A DNA stretch of 24,925 nt, from sequence record SRR22947725_2285; one strand, 5' to 3'. Position numbers and translations under genes: made by a program. The notes below the pieces were generated by a model. It saw only the letters and a program-made list of their open reading frames with translations. It did not search any database and was not told where the DNA came from. Position 1 is the first letter of the stretch; each line of letters opens with the position of its first letter. Of this stretch, positions 8,182 to 19,878 are shown in pieces.

Positions 8182-8595
8182 ATGACTGCAGAACCTAACT
8201 TTGACGAAATTCCTGCCTACATTCCAAAAAAGGGTGAAGAGTTCATGTCTGCTGGGCAACTTAAGCATTTCATCCATAAGCTTAATGTCTGGAGAGAGCA
8301 GTTAGTTTTTGAGGCAGAATCAACGATTAATCACATTCAAGAAGATTCAGCGCCTGTTGCAGATATCAATGACAGGGCTACAATTGAAGAAGAATTTGCT
8401 TTAGAGCTTAGAACAAGAGATCGTGAAAGAAAACTAATCAATAAGATTGATAAGACACTTCATTTAATCGACATGGGTGACTATGGTTACTGCAAAACCT
8501 GTGGTATTGAAATCGCCCTCAATCGTCTAGAGGCTCGCCCTACTGCCGACCAGTGCATAGACTGTAAGACTGTAGAAGAAAGAAAAGAAATCTAA
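8182..8595 (+). CDS. dksA: RNA polymerase-binding transcription factor DksA
   Basis: Coiled-coil tip DINDRA..EEEF.LELRTRDRERKLI; 4-Cys Zn finger CKTC...RLEARPTA.QCIDCK. Confidence 0.96.
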   Translation: MTAEPNFDEIPAYIPKKGEEFMSAGQLKHFIHKLNVWREQLVFEAESTINHIQEDSAPVADINDRATIEEEFALELRTRDRERKLINKIDKTLHLIDMGDYGYCKTCGIEIALNRLEARPTADQCIDCKTVEERKEI

Positions 8596-8613
8596 ATTCT
8601 AGTGATTATCCCT

Positions 8614-9546
8614 TTAGAAGTGTTGATAAGACTTGCTTGAGCCTTCATAACCTCTAATTTCTAGAGTCTGTGAGTTATTAATGACTCCTATCTTTGTGAT
8701 TCTAATGTTAAGATGCTCTGATAATTTTTTTATTTCCACTTGATGTGACTGATCAGATGTAAAGCATAATTCATAATCATCGCCCCCACATAATGGCAAA
8801 CCTAAGTCTTGGCTAGTCTTTAGATAATCTTGAACTGAATCGCTTAATGGTAAGCTCTGAGAGTCTATGATTGCACCAACCTTTGAAGCCCTTAGGATAT
8901 GAGTTAAGTCTTGCTCAAGTCCATCTGAAACATCAATACACGCGCTTGCTATATTTATTAAGGCAGGACCGAGTTTAATTCTTGGGACTGGTTTATTAAG
9001 TTTGTTGAGTTCGGATGAGTTTGGCTTAATACCCTCGTTCATTTTTTTTAGGCAGAGGGCAGCTTCACCAAGATCGCCAGAGACATAAATATCATCCCCA
9101 TTTTTAGCGCTGGATCTTTTTATCGCTTTGGATTTTTTAACGACTCCCATAATCGTAATTGTAATATTTAAGGGGCCTTTCGTCGTATCTCCACCAATCA
9201 AACTAACCTTAAAAAATTCAGATGCCTCTTTGAGTGATTCTGAAAACTCTTGCAACCAGATTTCATCCAGCTTAGGAAGCGTAAGGGAAAGTGTAAAGTA
9301 TTTAGCCTTGGCTCCCATTGCTGCAATATCACTGAGATTGACTGCTAATGATTTATAGGCAATATCACCAGGAAGTGCATCCTTAAAGAAGTGAACACCC
9401 TCTAAGAGTGTGTCAGTAGAGGTTACAAGCTGGCAATTAGCATCAATTTCAAAAAGTGCCGCGTCATCACCAACCCCAAGCTCAATACTAGGATCACTTA
9501 ATGGCCAATTAAAGTAACGATTAATTAACTCGAACTCATTCATCAT
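8614..9546 (-). CDS. thiL: Thiamine-monophosphate kinase
   Basis: EFELI, GVGDDAA, EGVHF, AVNLSDIAAMGA, GGDTT, DVSDGL, GGDDYELCFT, YQHF. Confidence 0.96.
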   Translation of the reverse strand: MMNEFELINRYFNWPLSDPSIELGVGDDAALFEIDANCQLVTSTDTLLEGVHFFKDALPGDIAYKSLAVNLSDIAAMGAKAKYFTLSLTLPKLDEIWLQEFSESLKEASEFFKVSLIGGDTTKGPLNITITIMGVVKKSKAIKRSSAKNGDDIYVSGDLGEAALCLKKMNEGIKPNSSELNKLNKPVPRIKLGPALINIASACIDVSDGLEQDLTHILRASKVGAIIDSQSLPLSDSVQDYLKTSQDLGLPLCGGDDYELCFTSDQSHQVEIKKLSEHLNIRITKIGVINNSQTLEIRGYEGSSKSYQHF

Positions 9547-9548
9547 CT

Positions 9549-10487
9549 TTAAAGACTTAATCCCTTAAAATGGGCTTTAATTGATTCTGAGAGGGCTAAA
9601 AGATCATAGCCACCCTCTAAAAAAGAAATGACTCTTCCACTGCAATGTCGATCGGCTATCTCCACAATTGCCTGAGTCAACAGAAAATAATCTTCAGAAT
9701 CTAAATTAATCGCTGCCAAAGGGTCTCTCTTATGCGCATCAAAACCTGCTGAGATTAGAATCACTTCAGGCTTGAATTTATCCACATTTTTTAAAATTTT
9801 TTCATTAAAAATTTTAAGAAAATCTTCACTTGTAGTTCCAGAATCAATGGGTGCATTAAAGATATTCCCAACCCCTTTTTCAGATTCCATGCCTGTCCCC
9901 GGGAAGAGAGGATGCTGATGAATTGAACCATAGAGTACTGACTCATCATTATTGAAAATCTCTTGAGTACCATTGCCATGATGAACATCAAAGTCAATTA
10001 TAGCAACCCTATTGATATCGAATTGAGACTGCAAATAGCGAGCAGCAACTGCCGCATTATTAATAAAGCAAAAGCCATTGACTCTTGTCGTTTCTGCATG
10101 GTGGCCTGGTGGACGAATGGCGCAAAAAAGCCTTTTAACATTTCCACTCATTAGATCTATTGAGGCTCCAATGCCGGCGCCACAGGCTCTTAATATTGCT
10201 TCTTTACTATTCTGGCACAAGAGCGTATCGGCATAGGGCTCTTTCTCAACGCCCACAAGACCTTCATCTGGAATCATTTCAAAGATCTCATCAAGATAAG
10301 ACTGAGGATGGACTCGATTGATATCTTTATACTTTGCTAGGGGCGCCTCTTTAAAGTCAATATTGAGTGTATCAAGACTTTGAATAGAGCCCATTATCGA
10401 CTCAAGTCGCTCTTTTCTCTCAGGATGACCTTCGCCGCTCTCTTTAGAGAGGCATGCTGAATGGGAGTAGACCCTTATATTTTCCAT
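9549..10487 (-). CDS. Zn-dependent histone-deacetylase-family amidohydrolase
   Basis: HPE...RL, RPPGHHA, GFC..NN, DFDVHHGNGTQ, SAGFDAH..DPL, LEGGY. Catalytic residues look intact. Confidence 0.93.
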   Translation of the reverse strand: MENIRVYSHSACLSKESGEGHPERKERLESIMGSIQSLDTLNIDFKEAPLAKYKDINRVHPQSYLDEIFEMIPDEGLVGVEKEPYADTLLCQNSKEAILRACGAGIGASIDLMSGNVKRLFCAIRPPGHHAETTRVNGFCFINNAAVAARYLQSQFDINRVAIIDFDVHHGNGTQEIFNNDESVLYGSIHQHPLFPGTGMESEKGVGNIFNAPIDSGTTSEDFLKIFNEKILKNVDKFKPEVILISAGFDAHKRDPLAAINLDSEDYFLLTQAIVEIADRHCSGRVISFLEGGYDLLALSESIKAHFKGLSL

Positions 10488-10529
10488 TCATTCCCTTAAT
10501 TTAAAGTCCAGCAAAAGAAAACTGAAAAA

Positions 10530-11108
10530 CTACATATAAGCGTTTTCTTTGTAAGAGTGGTCTGTCGCATCAAGGACTGCAGATATTTCAGGGTACAATG
10601 TTTTCAGCTGTTTTTCGACGCCATCTTTAAGCGTCATATTGACTGAGCTACAGCCTTGGCAACCGCCTCCAAAATTCAGGACAACTTCATTTTTTTTAGT
10701 GATTTCAACTAAATCTACAAACCCGCCATGAGAAGAAAGGCTAGGATTGACCTCGGTGACAATGGTAAACAGAACTTTCTCTTCTAAAGGCGCATCATCT
10801 TTAGGCGCCTCTCCTTTAGCATTTGGAGCAGTAATCGTCAGTTTTTTGTTAGTACCATCGATCTTTAAAGCAACATGGGAGTCACTCAAGTATTGATTAT
10901 TAGATTCATCGATAAAGGCACTGAAACCAATAAATGGAAACTCTTGATAACTATCAGGAAGGTCACTTTTAATACAAAAATTAAATGTAACTGTTGCAAC
11001 TGGTGTCCCAGCTTTTTCAACATCCACCTTTAAGCCCAACTCCTTTTCGTCTTGCTGCTCAAAAAGGTCTGCAACATAGACTTCTGCTTCTTCTGTAATA
11101 CTAAACAT
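10530..11108 (-). CDS. nfuA: Fe-S cluster biogenesis protein NfuA
   Basis: Degenerate A-type N-domain plus NifU-like C-domain (NP.L.SHGG.V, GGCQGC, D.TDH..ENAY). Start at 11108 has an AGGAG RBS. Confidence 0.92.
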   Translation of the reverse strand: MFSITEEAEVYVADLFEQQDEKELGLKVDVEKAGTPVATVTFNFCIKSDLPDSYQEFPFIGFSAFIDESNNQYLSDSHVALKIDGTNKKLTITAPNAKGEAPKDDAPLEEKVLFTIVTEVNPSLSSHGGFVDLVEITKKNEVVLNFGGGCQGCSSVNMTLKDGVEKQLKTLYPEISAVLDATDHSYKENAYM

Positions 11109-11946
11109 TCGTTCTCCTAAAAACAATATTGTCTATTAGACGCGTTCCGCCGAATCTAACTGCAGATATTATAATAATTTCTGAGGTTTTAGTCTCGATT
11201 TGTGTAAGGTTATTCGCATCTAGAACCTCTAAATACTCTGTCTCAAATTCCTCATCTAAATCATCAATCACTCTCAATCTTGATGTTTCAATAGATTTCC
11301 CATCCAGTATAGACTTTTTTAGCACATTAAGTTTTAAATAAAAGTTGGGAGCTTTTTTACGATCCTCATGACTTAGGTATTGATTTCTTGTACTCATTGC
11401 CAAACCATCGATCTCTCTCTGAGTTTCTACAGACTCAATCAGAATATCTAATTTAAGTTTATCAACAAATGATTTAATAATCAAAAGTTGTTGATAGTCC
11501 TTTTCTCCAAAGACTGAATAATCAGGCTTAACAATATCAAAAAAACGCTGAACAACTTGTGCAACTCCGTCAAAGTGACTTGGTCTAAATGCACCGCACA
11601 GTATGTGACCGATTTCACCGACCTTGTAATCATTATGCAAACCATCAGGATAAATCTCCCCCTTAGAGGGAAGAAATAAAACATCAACTTCTTTTGATTC
11701 TAGTTTTTTTTGATCACTAGAAAGAGTATTGGGGTAGTCTTCAAAATCCTCTCCTCTTGCAAACTGCGTTGGATTAACAAAAATACTAACAACAACAATA
11801 TCTGAGATTGCTCTTGCTCTATCGACTAACTTTAAATGACCGTCATGAAGCCCACCCATTGTAGGCACTAGAGAAATTTTTTTATTATTGTCCCGACAAC
11901 CCTCTAAAAAACCCCTAAGACCTGTCGTTGTTTTGAAAATTTGCAT
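11101..11946 (-). CDS. panC: Pantoate--beta-alanine ligase
   Basis: PTMGGLHDGH, SIFVNPTQF, RPSHFDGV, FGEKDYQQ, DGLAMSTRN, RLIDN. Confidence 0.97.
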   Translation of the reverse strand: MQIFKTTTGLRGFLEGCRDNNKKISLVPTMGGLHDGHLKLVDRARAISDIVVVSIFVNPTQFARGEDFEDYPNTLSSDQKKLESKEVDVLFLPSKGEIYPDGLHNDYKVGEIGHILCGAFRPSHFDGVAQVVQRFFDIVKPDYSVFGEKDYQQLLIIKSFVDKLKLDILIESVETQREIDGLAMSTRNQYLSHEDRKKAPNFYLKLNVLKKSILDGKSIETSRLRVIDDLDEEFETEYLEVLDANNLTQIETKTSEIIIISAVRFGGTRLIDNIVFRRTNV

Positions 11947-12728
11947 TAATAGCTCTCAATATCAGATGGAAAGGTTCCCATCTTTACCTCTTTGATATAC
12001 GACTTTACAGCAGCTGAAATAGAGTCTTGAGAATTTAAAAAATTTCGAACAAATCTTGGCTGTCTCCCTGAAGTAATTCCAAGCATATCATAGCTGACAA
12101 GGACTTGGCCATCACAATCTCTTCCAGCACCAATTCCAATTGTTGGTATTTTAATTTGCTCGCTAATAACCTTTGCTAAGTTGCTAGGAACACATTCAAG
12201 GACCAATACACTCACCCCAAGTGACTCTAATAGCATTGCATTATCAATAATTAATTTCGCAGAGCTCTTATCTCTTCCTTGAACTTTATAATCACTTGAA
12301 TCGATGACAAGCTGAGGCTGAAGACCCAGATGACCACATACATTGATATTATTAGATATCAATGCTTTAATGACCTCAGTATGCTCAATACCGCCCTCTA
12401 TTTTAATCATTTCAGCGCCATGATCTATTAAAGCTTTTGCATTGCTTAAGGCAGATTGAGTATCCTCATAGCTATTAAAAGGCATATCCGCTATGACCAA
12501 TGACTGTTTACAAGCACCTGAGACAATAGAGGTATGGTAAATCATATCTTCCATTGAGACTGAACGCGTATTTTCTGCGCCTTGAATTACCATTCCCAGA
12601 GAGTCACCAATCAAAATTGTGTCAACACCCGCACTATCAATCAAACTAGCCATTGAGGCATCATAAGCTGTCAAACAGGTAATTTTTTCACCTTTCTGTT
12701 TATAACGACTTAAATCTGAGTGCTTCAT
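11946..12728 (-). CDS. panB: 3-methyl-2-oxobutanoate hydroxymethyltransferase
   Basis: LTAYDA, IGDSLGMV, ADMPF, KIEGG, GHLGLQPQ, IGIGAG..CDGQVLV. Confidence 0.97.
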   Translation of the reverse strand: MKHSDLSRYKQKGEKITCLTAYDASMASLIDSAGVDTILIGDSLGMVIQGAENTRSVSMEDMIYHTSIVSGACKQSLVIADMPFNSYEDTQSALSNAKALIDHGAEMIKIEGGIEHTEVIKALISNNINVCGHLGLQPQLVIDSSDYKVQGRDKSSAKLIIDNAMLLESLGVSVLVLECVPSNLAKVISEQIKIPTIGIGAGRDCDGQVLVSYDMLGITSGRQPRFVRNFLNSQDSISAAVKSYIKEVKMGTFPSDIESY

Positions 12729-13198
12729 AATTTTTTTAAATCTTGCGTATTAACTCTATCAATTAATTGTTTTATTGATCCTAAAAGAGGAACCTTAATC
12801 TCTTTATCAATTTCGTACATTGGAGCCAAAACAAAAGCCCTATTAGTTATCTCAGGATGAGGAATAGATAACCTTTCGCTTGAAATAACTTGCTGCCCAT
12901 AAAGGAGTATATCTAAATCAATTGTTCTTGAGCCCCATTTTACCTCTCTTACTCTCTTTTGATCATTTTCAATACCTTGACAGACGTCCAATAAATCAAT
13001 TGCATCCAGTGAGGTTTTAATACTGCAAACTGCATTGATATAATTTGGTCCAGGCATATCTAAAAGAGGCTTTGATTGATAAAAACTTGAAACCTTATTC
13101 ACAGTGACTTCATTAGAAAGATTTAATGCTGAAAGTGCTTTTTCAATTTGAACCTTTGGATTTTCTAAATTTGAGCCTAAACCGATATATACTAACAA
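12725..13198 (-). CDS. folK: 2-amino-4-hydroxy-6-hydroxymethyldihydropteridine diphosphokinase
   Basis: YIGLGSNL, YINAV, R.R..KWGSRTIDLDILLY, IPHP...RAFVLAP. TTG start overlaps the proB stop. Confidence 0.95.
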   Translation of the reverse strand: MLVYIGLGSNLENPKVQIEKALSALNLSNEVTVNKVSSFYQSKPLLDMPGPNYINAVCSIKTSLDAIDLLDVCQGIENDQKRVREVKWGSRTIDLDILLYGQQVISSERLSIPHPEITNRAFVLAPMYEIDKEIKVPLLGSIKQLIDRVNTQDLKKL

Positions 13199-13965
13199 TG
13201 AATTAAGGTCCCTATATATTCACCTTGATAAATCCTAGTTAGCACCTCTTTCTCTCGCCCCCAAGCAATATTCGAGATTGTATCTGACTCTGCGGCCTGC
13301 TTAGCAGCCATGACTTTTGAGTACATACCACCAGAGCCCAGAGCGCCTCCTGTTTTTCCAGCTACTCGCTCTAATTTTTCATCATTAAAGTGAATTTTGT
13401 CTATCAAATTTGCATTGACATTTTTTCGAGGATCAGCATCAAAAACACCATACTGATCAGTCAATATTACTAATCTTTCTGCATTTAAAAAATTGGCTAC
13501 AAGAGCAGCTAAAGTGTCGTTGTCTCCAAACTTAATCTCCTCAGTGGCAACTGTATCATTTTCATTAATGACAGGTACAATTCCAAAATCAAGCAAGTTG
13601 GCTAGTGTTGCTGATATATTTTCGAAATGCTTAGAATTGATAAGATTATCACGCGTTAGAAGGACTTGAGCAGTTTGGACATTGTATTTTGCAAATAATG
13701 ACTCGTAAGCTTGCACCAATCCCATTTGACCAACTGCAGCAGCAGCCTGAAGTTTGTGAATATCACTTGGCTTCTCTTTCCATCCCAATCGTTTCATTCC
13801 TTCAACAATAGATCCACTCGAAACCAATACAACATCAATGTTATGAGCTTGAAGACTCACAATCTGCTCCACCCATTGAGAGATTAATTGTTTGTCAATT
13901 CCTTCTCCATTGTTAGTGAGAAGGGCGGATCCAATCTTAACGACCCAACACTTATTCTTCTTCAT
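13192..13965 (-). CDS. proB: Glutamate 5-kinase, short form without PUA domain
   Basis: VVKIGSALLT, VSSG, QAAAAVGQ, PVINENDTV..EIKFGDNDTL, GSGGMYSK; ends at GTLIHC. Confidence 0.96.
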   Translation of the reverse strand: MKKNKCWVVKIGSALLTNNGEGIDKQLISQWVEQIVSLQAHNIDVVLVSSGSIVEGMKRLGWKEKPSDIHKLQAAAAVGQMGLVQAYESLFAKYNVQTAQVLLTRDNLINSKHFENISATLANLLDFGIVPVINENDTVATEEIKFGDNDTLAALVANFLNAERLVILTDQYGVFDADPRKNVNANLIDKIHFNDEKLERVAGKTGGALGSGGMYSKVMAAKQAAESDTISNIAWGREKEVLTRIYQGEYIGTLIHC

Positions 13966-14968
13966 TTTTTTGCTCTATTAAATCATACAAACCAAAAATT
14001 AAGGATTTACAGCCTAAACCATTTAGTGCTGATATGTTAAACGCAATTCCTTTGTATTTGATTTTTTTCAGAAAACTCTTAATGACCTTGTCTCTCTCAC
14101 TTTCTTCAATTAAGTCGATTTTATTAATTGCAACAATCCTAGATTTTTTGAAGAGTTCATCATCAAACTTTTTTAATTCAGATTCTATCATTAAATAATT
14201 TTTAACTGGATCAGAACCATCAAATGGCAATATATCAACAACATGTAGAAGCGCTCTGGCTCTTGACAGATGCTTAAGAAACTCAAATCCAAGTCCAACA
14301 CCCTCACTCGCTTTTTCAAGAAGGCCGGGAATATCTGCCATGACAAAGTGATTACTTCCTGCTTTGACAACACCAAGACTAGGATGAAGCGTAGTGAAAG
14401 GGTAGTCGGCAACTTTTGGACGAGCACCCGAGATTTGTCTAATCAAAGATGACTTGCCTGCATTTGGCATCCCTAAAAGTCCGACATCAGCCATTATATT
14501 TAACTCTAATGCAACCTCCCTGGATTCTCCCGGAGTCCCTGGAGAAGTTTGTCTGGGAGCTCGATTGATTGATGACTTGAATCTTGCGTTACCTAATCCA
14601 TGAAACCCTCCCTTTGCGACAAGTAAATTTTGCTTGTGGAGTGTTATTTCACCAATGACCTCATCTGTAGAGAGGTCGATGATTTTGGTGCCCAGTGGAA
14701 CCTCAACATACAAGTCATCGGCTGACTTTCCTCTTCGATCACTACCCATTCCTGGCATTCCATTCTTTGCTCTATACAGTCGGTTGTATCGGAATTCACT
14801 TAACGTATTTAAACCCTCTTGACCTTGAAAGTAGACACTGCCGCCATCTCCACCGTCTCCACCATCGGGTCCACCATCTGGAATATATTTCTCACGACGA
14901 AAGCTTAGGCACCCTGCCCCACCTTTTCCAGCCTCAACGACAACGCTTGCAGAGTCTACAAATTTCAT
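13952..14968 (-). CDS. obgE: GTPase ObgE/CgtA
   Basis: Gly-rich Obg domain (SFRREKY...GGPDGGDGG); G1 GMPNAGKS, G2 YPFTT, G3 DIPG, G4 NKID, G5 SAL. Confidence 0.97.
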   Translation of the reverse strand: MKFVDSASVVVEAGKGGAGCLSFRREKYIPDGGPDGGDGGDGGSVYFQGQEGLNTLSEFRYNRLYRAKNGMPGMGSDRRGKSADDLYVEVPLGTKIIDLSTDEVIGEITLHKQNLLVAKGGFHGLGNARFKSSINRAPRQTSPGTPGESREVALELNIMADVGLLGMPNAGKSSLIRQISGARPKVADYPFTTLHPSLGVVKAGSNHFVMADIPGLLEKASEGVGLGFEFLKHLSRARALLHVVDILPFDGSDPVKNYLMIESELKKFDDELFKKSRIVAINKIDLIEESERDKVIKSFLKKIKYKGIAFNISALNGLGCKSLIFGLYDLIEQKNEEE

Positions 14969-15215
14969 AATTCTTTTAAATAAATAATAAATTAACAGCT
15001 AAGATCATAATTAAGAATCAGTCTAAATGAAATAGATGTAATGAAAGTTAAATGATAAAGCTATAATATCTGGCAACTATTATACCTTTTTTCCTATCAT
15101 AAGCCCTCTAGAAGAGAATCGAACTTGATTAAGACTTTATCAAAACTTTGAATCTTGAGTGCCTAGATAAACTATATGATCATTTTTTCCCTTAAACATT
15201 TAATTGATCCTGTCT

Positions 15216-16475
15216 ATGAATAGATTTCTATATTCATTGGTACTTTATTTTGGCATTCCTTTTGCTATCTTTAGGCTTCTCATAAAAGATACTCACGATC
15301 CATCTTGGACAAGAAAACTAAAAAACCAATTCGGCATTGTTGAAAAAATACCTGGAAGAGTGATTTGGACTCACTGCGTTTCTGTTGGAGAGTTTAATGC
15401 CTCTAAGCCTCTAATTGAAAAGCTTATGATTCAATACCCCAATCACCAGATTATTATTTCAACTACAACGATTACAGGCTTTAATGCAGTCAATAATTAC
15501 TATAAAAATAACGTTAAACACTGTTTTTTTCCTTTTGATATTCCCTTTATATTAGATTCATTTATTAGAAAAATAAACCCAGAGATCTGTATCCTTCTTG
15601 AGACTGAAATTTGGCCAAACTTAATACATATACTTAAAAAGAAAAACATTCCTACAGCACTCATCAATGCGCGCTTATCAGACAAGTCATTTCAAAGATA
15701 TGACAAATATTTGGCAAAATTAGTCAAGGCGTCTCTAAACAACCTCAGTTTGATTTGCGCTCAAAGTTCATTTTCATCTGATCGGTTCATATCACTTGGA
15801 GCGAATCAAGAAAAGATGATTACAACGGGTAGTTTAAAGTTTGACAGTAACAATACAATTGACGATAAGTCTATTAAAACTTTAAAAAAAATAATTGGAG
15901 AGAGAAAAATAACTGTTTTTGCCAGTACTCGTGAAGGCGAAGAAAAACAAATCTTTGAAAGTTATATCAATTCTGCAGATAATATCGACTCTCTTTTGAT
16001 CGTTATTCCAAGACACCCTGAGAGATTCAATGAGGTATTTAGGCTTGCAAAAGCAAGTGGCTTTAATGTTGAAAGAAGATCTTCAACACTTCAATGTTCA
16101 GATGATACTGATATTTTAATTGGTGATACTATGGGTGAGATGATGTCCTATTATTCAGTCTGTGACCTTGCCTTTATTGGAGGAAGTCTTTCTGATAATG
16201 GATGCCAAAACATGCTGGAAGCCGCATCATTATCTAAGCCAATTATTTTTGGCCCTAGCGTATTTAACTTTGAAGAAATCTCAAAAAAACTGTTAAGGAG
16301 TGATGCCGCAATCCAAGTCGCAAATGGTGCTGAATTGATGAGCACAATTTCTAATTTACTTAAAAGTGATCATAGAAGAGAGCAGCTTGGGGTTAATGCC
16401 AAAAAAACTTTCGATCAAAATCGCGGCGCAGTTAATGAGATTCTTGAAGTCATTACGCCGCTGATCAAAATTTAA
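15216..16475 (+). CDS. waaA: 3-deoxy-D-manno-octulosonic acid (Kdo) transferase
   Basis: WTHCVSVGE, ETEIWPN, NARLS, GSLKFD, ASTREGEE, PRHPERF, GDTMGEM. ATG 15216 preferred over TTG 15204. Confidence 0.95.
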   Translation: MNRFLYSLVLYFGIPFAIFRLLIKDTHDPSWTRKLKNQFGIVEKIPGRVIWTHCVSVGEFNASKPLIEKLMIQYPNHQIIISTTTITGFNAVNNYYKNNVKHCFFPFDIPFILDSFIRKINPEICILLETEIWPNLIHILKKKNIPTALINARLSDKSFQRYDKYLAKLVKASLNNLSLICAQSSFSSDRFISLGANQEKMITTGSLKFDSNNTIDDKSIKTLKKIIGERKITVFASTREGEEKQIFESYINSADNIDSLLIVIPRHPERFNEVFRLAKASGFNVERRSSTLQCSDDTDILIGDTMGEMMSYYSVCDLAFIGGSLSDNGCQNMLEAASLSKPIIFGPSVFNFEEISKKLLRSDAAIQVANGAELMSTISNLLKSDHRREQLGVNAKKTFDQNRGAVNEILEVITPLIKI

Positions 16476-16487
16476 CTCTAACTAGCT

Positions 16488-19384
<2,897 letters not shown>

Positions 19385-19414
19385 TGATCAATTTTTATTA
19401 AAAGACAGATAAAA

Positions 19415-19867
19415 ATGAACCAAAAAATTGCCTTCTATTTGATATCAACTGTGGTTGTTTTTTTTATAGGGCATTCTTATTCACAATTTAATATGAAGAC
19501 TCCTGAGCATGTCATTATTTCCATTGACAACTCTGAGGAGATTGAACAATACAAATCAGATCTTATTAGTTTGCAAACGCAACTGGATGATCTAGATAGT
19601 CAATTAATAAACTCCCTTGACTTGCTGAATTCATCTACTAAAAAACTTAATCTTTCTTCTAGCAAGGTTCAAGTGCTTGAGGCTGAGATGAATTTAATTA
19701 AAACTCGAAACAATCAACTCCAGTCTGAACTTAGCCAAAGCGAATCATTTGTAATTACAAATGATAATCAAATTAAATCATTAACCGAAGAGCTTTCAAG
19801 CGCCCTCATCGAGCTTGAGCTGAGTCAATTTGAGCTTGAGCTTGCAAAAGAGCAGACTGAACAATAA
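19415..19867 (+). CDS. Hypothetical protein: N-terminal membrane anchor or signal peptide plus long coiled coil
   Basis: Hydrophobic N-terminus (IAFYLISTVVVFFIG) followed by about 105 aa of heptad-like L/S/Q/E-rich sequence. Fills the gap between hemB and the convergent gene. Confidence 0.75.
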   Translation: MNQKIAFYLISTVVVFFIGHSYSQFNMKTPEHVIISIDNSEEIEQYKSDLISLQTQLDDLDSQLINSLDLLNSSTKKLNLSSSKVQVLEAEMNLIKTRNNQLQSELSQSESFVITNDNQIKSLTEELSSALIELELSQFELELAKEQTEQ

Positions 19868-19878
19868 ATCTATCTATT

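Noticed and set aside
11109..11126. Upstream start for nfuA
   Set aside because: This segment is the panC tail and contains the AGGAG RBS for ATG 11108.
14695..14970. His-rich 91-aa antisense ORF
   Set aside because: It is the shadow of the Gly/Asp-rich obgE N-terminal codons and has no independent support.
15101..15130. tRNA T-loop-like GTTCGATTC on the minus strand (possible att remnant)
   Set aside because: The flanking T-stem does not pair, there is no CCA or acceptor match, and it does not match the tRNAs in the window.
14969..15215. Possible replication origin
   Set aside because: AT-rich with three GATC sites, but no convincing TTATCCACA DnaA boxes and no dnaA or gidA nearby.
19811..19844. 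GAGCTT short repeats
   Set aside because: These simply encode ELEL..ELEL in the coiled coil and are too short and imperfect to be a contingency locus.
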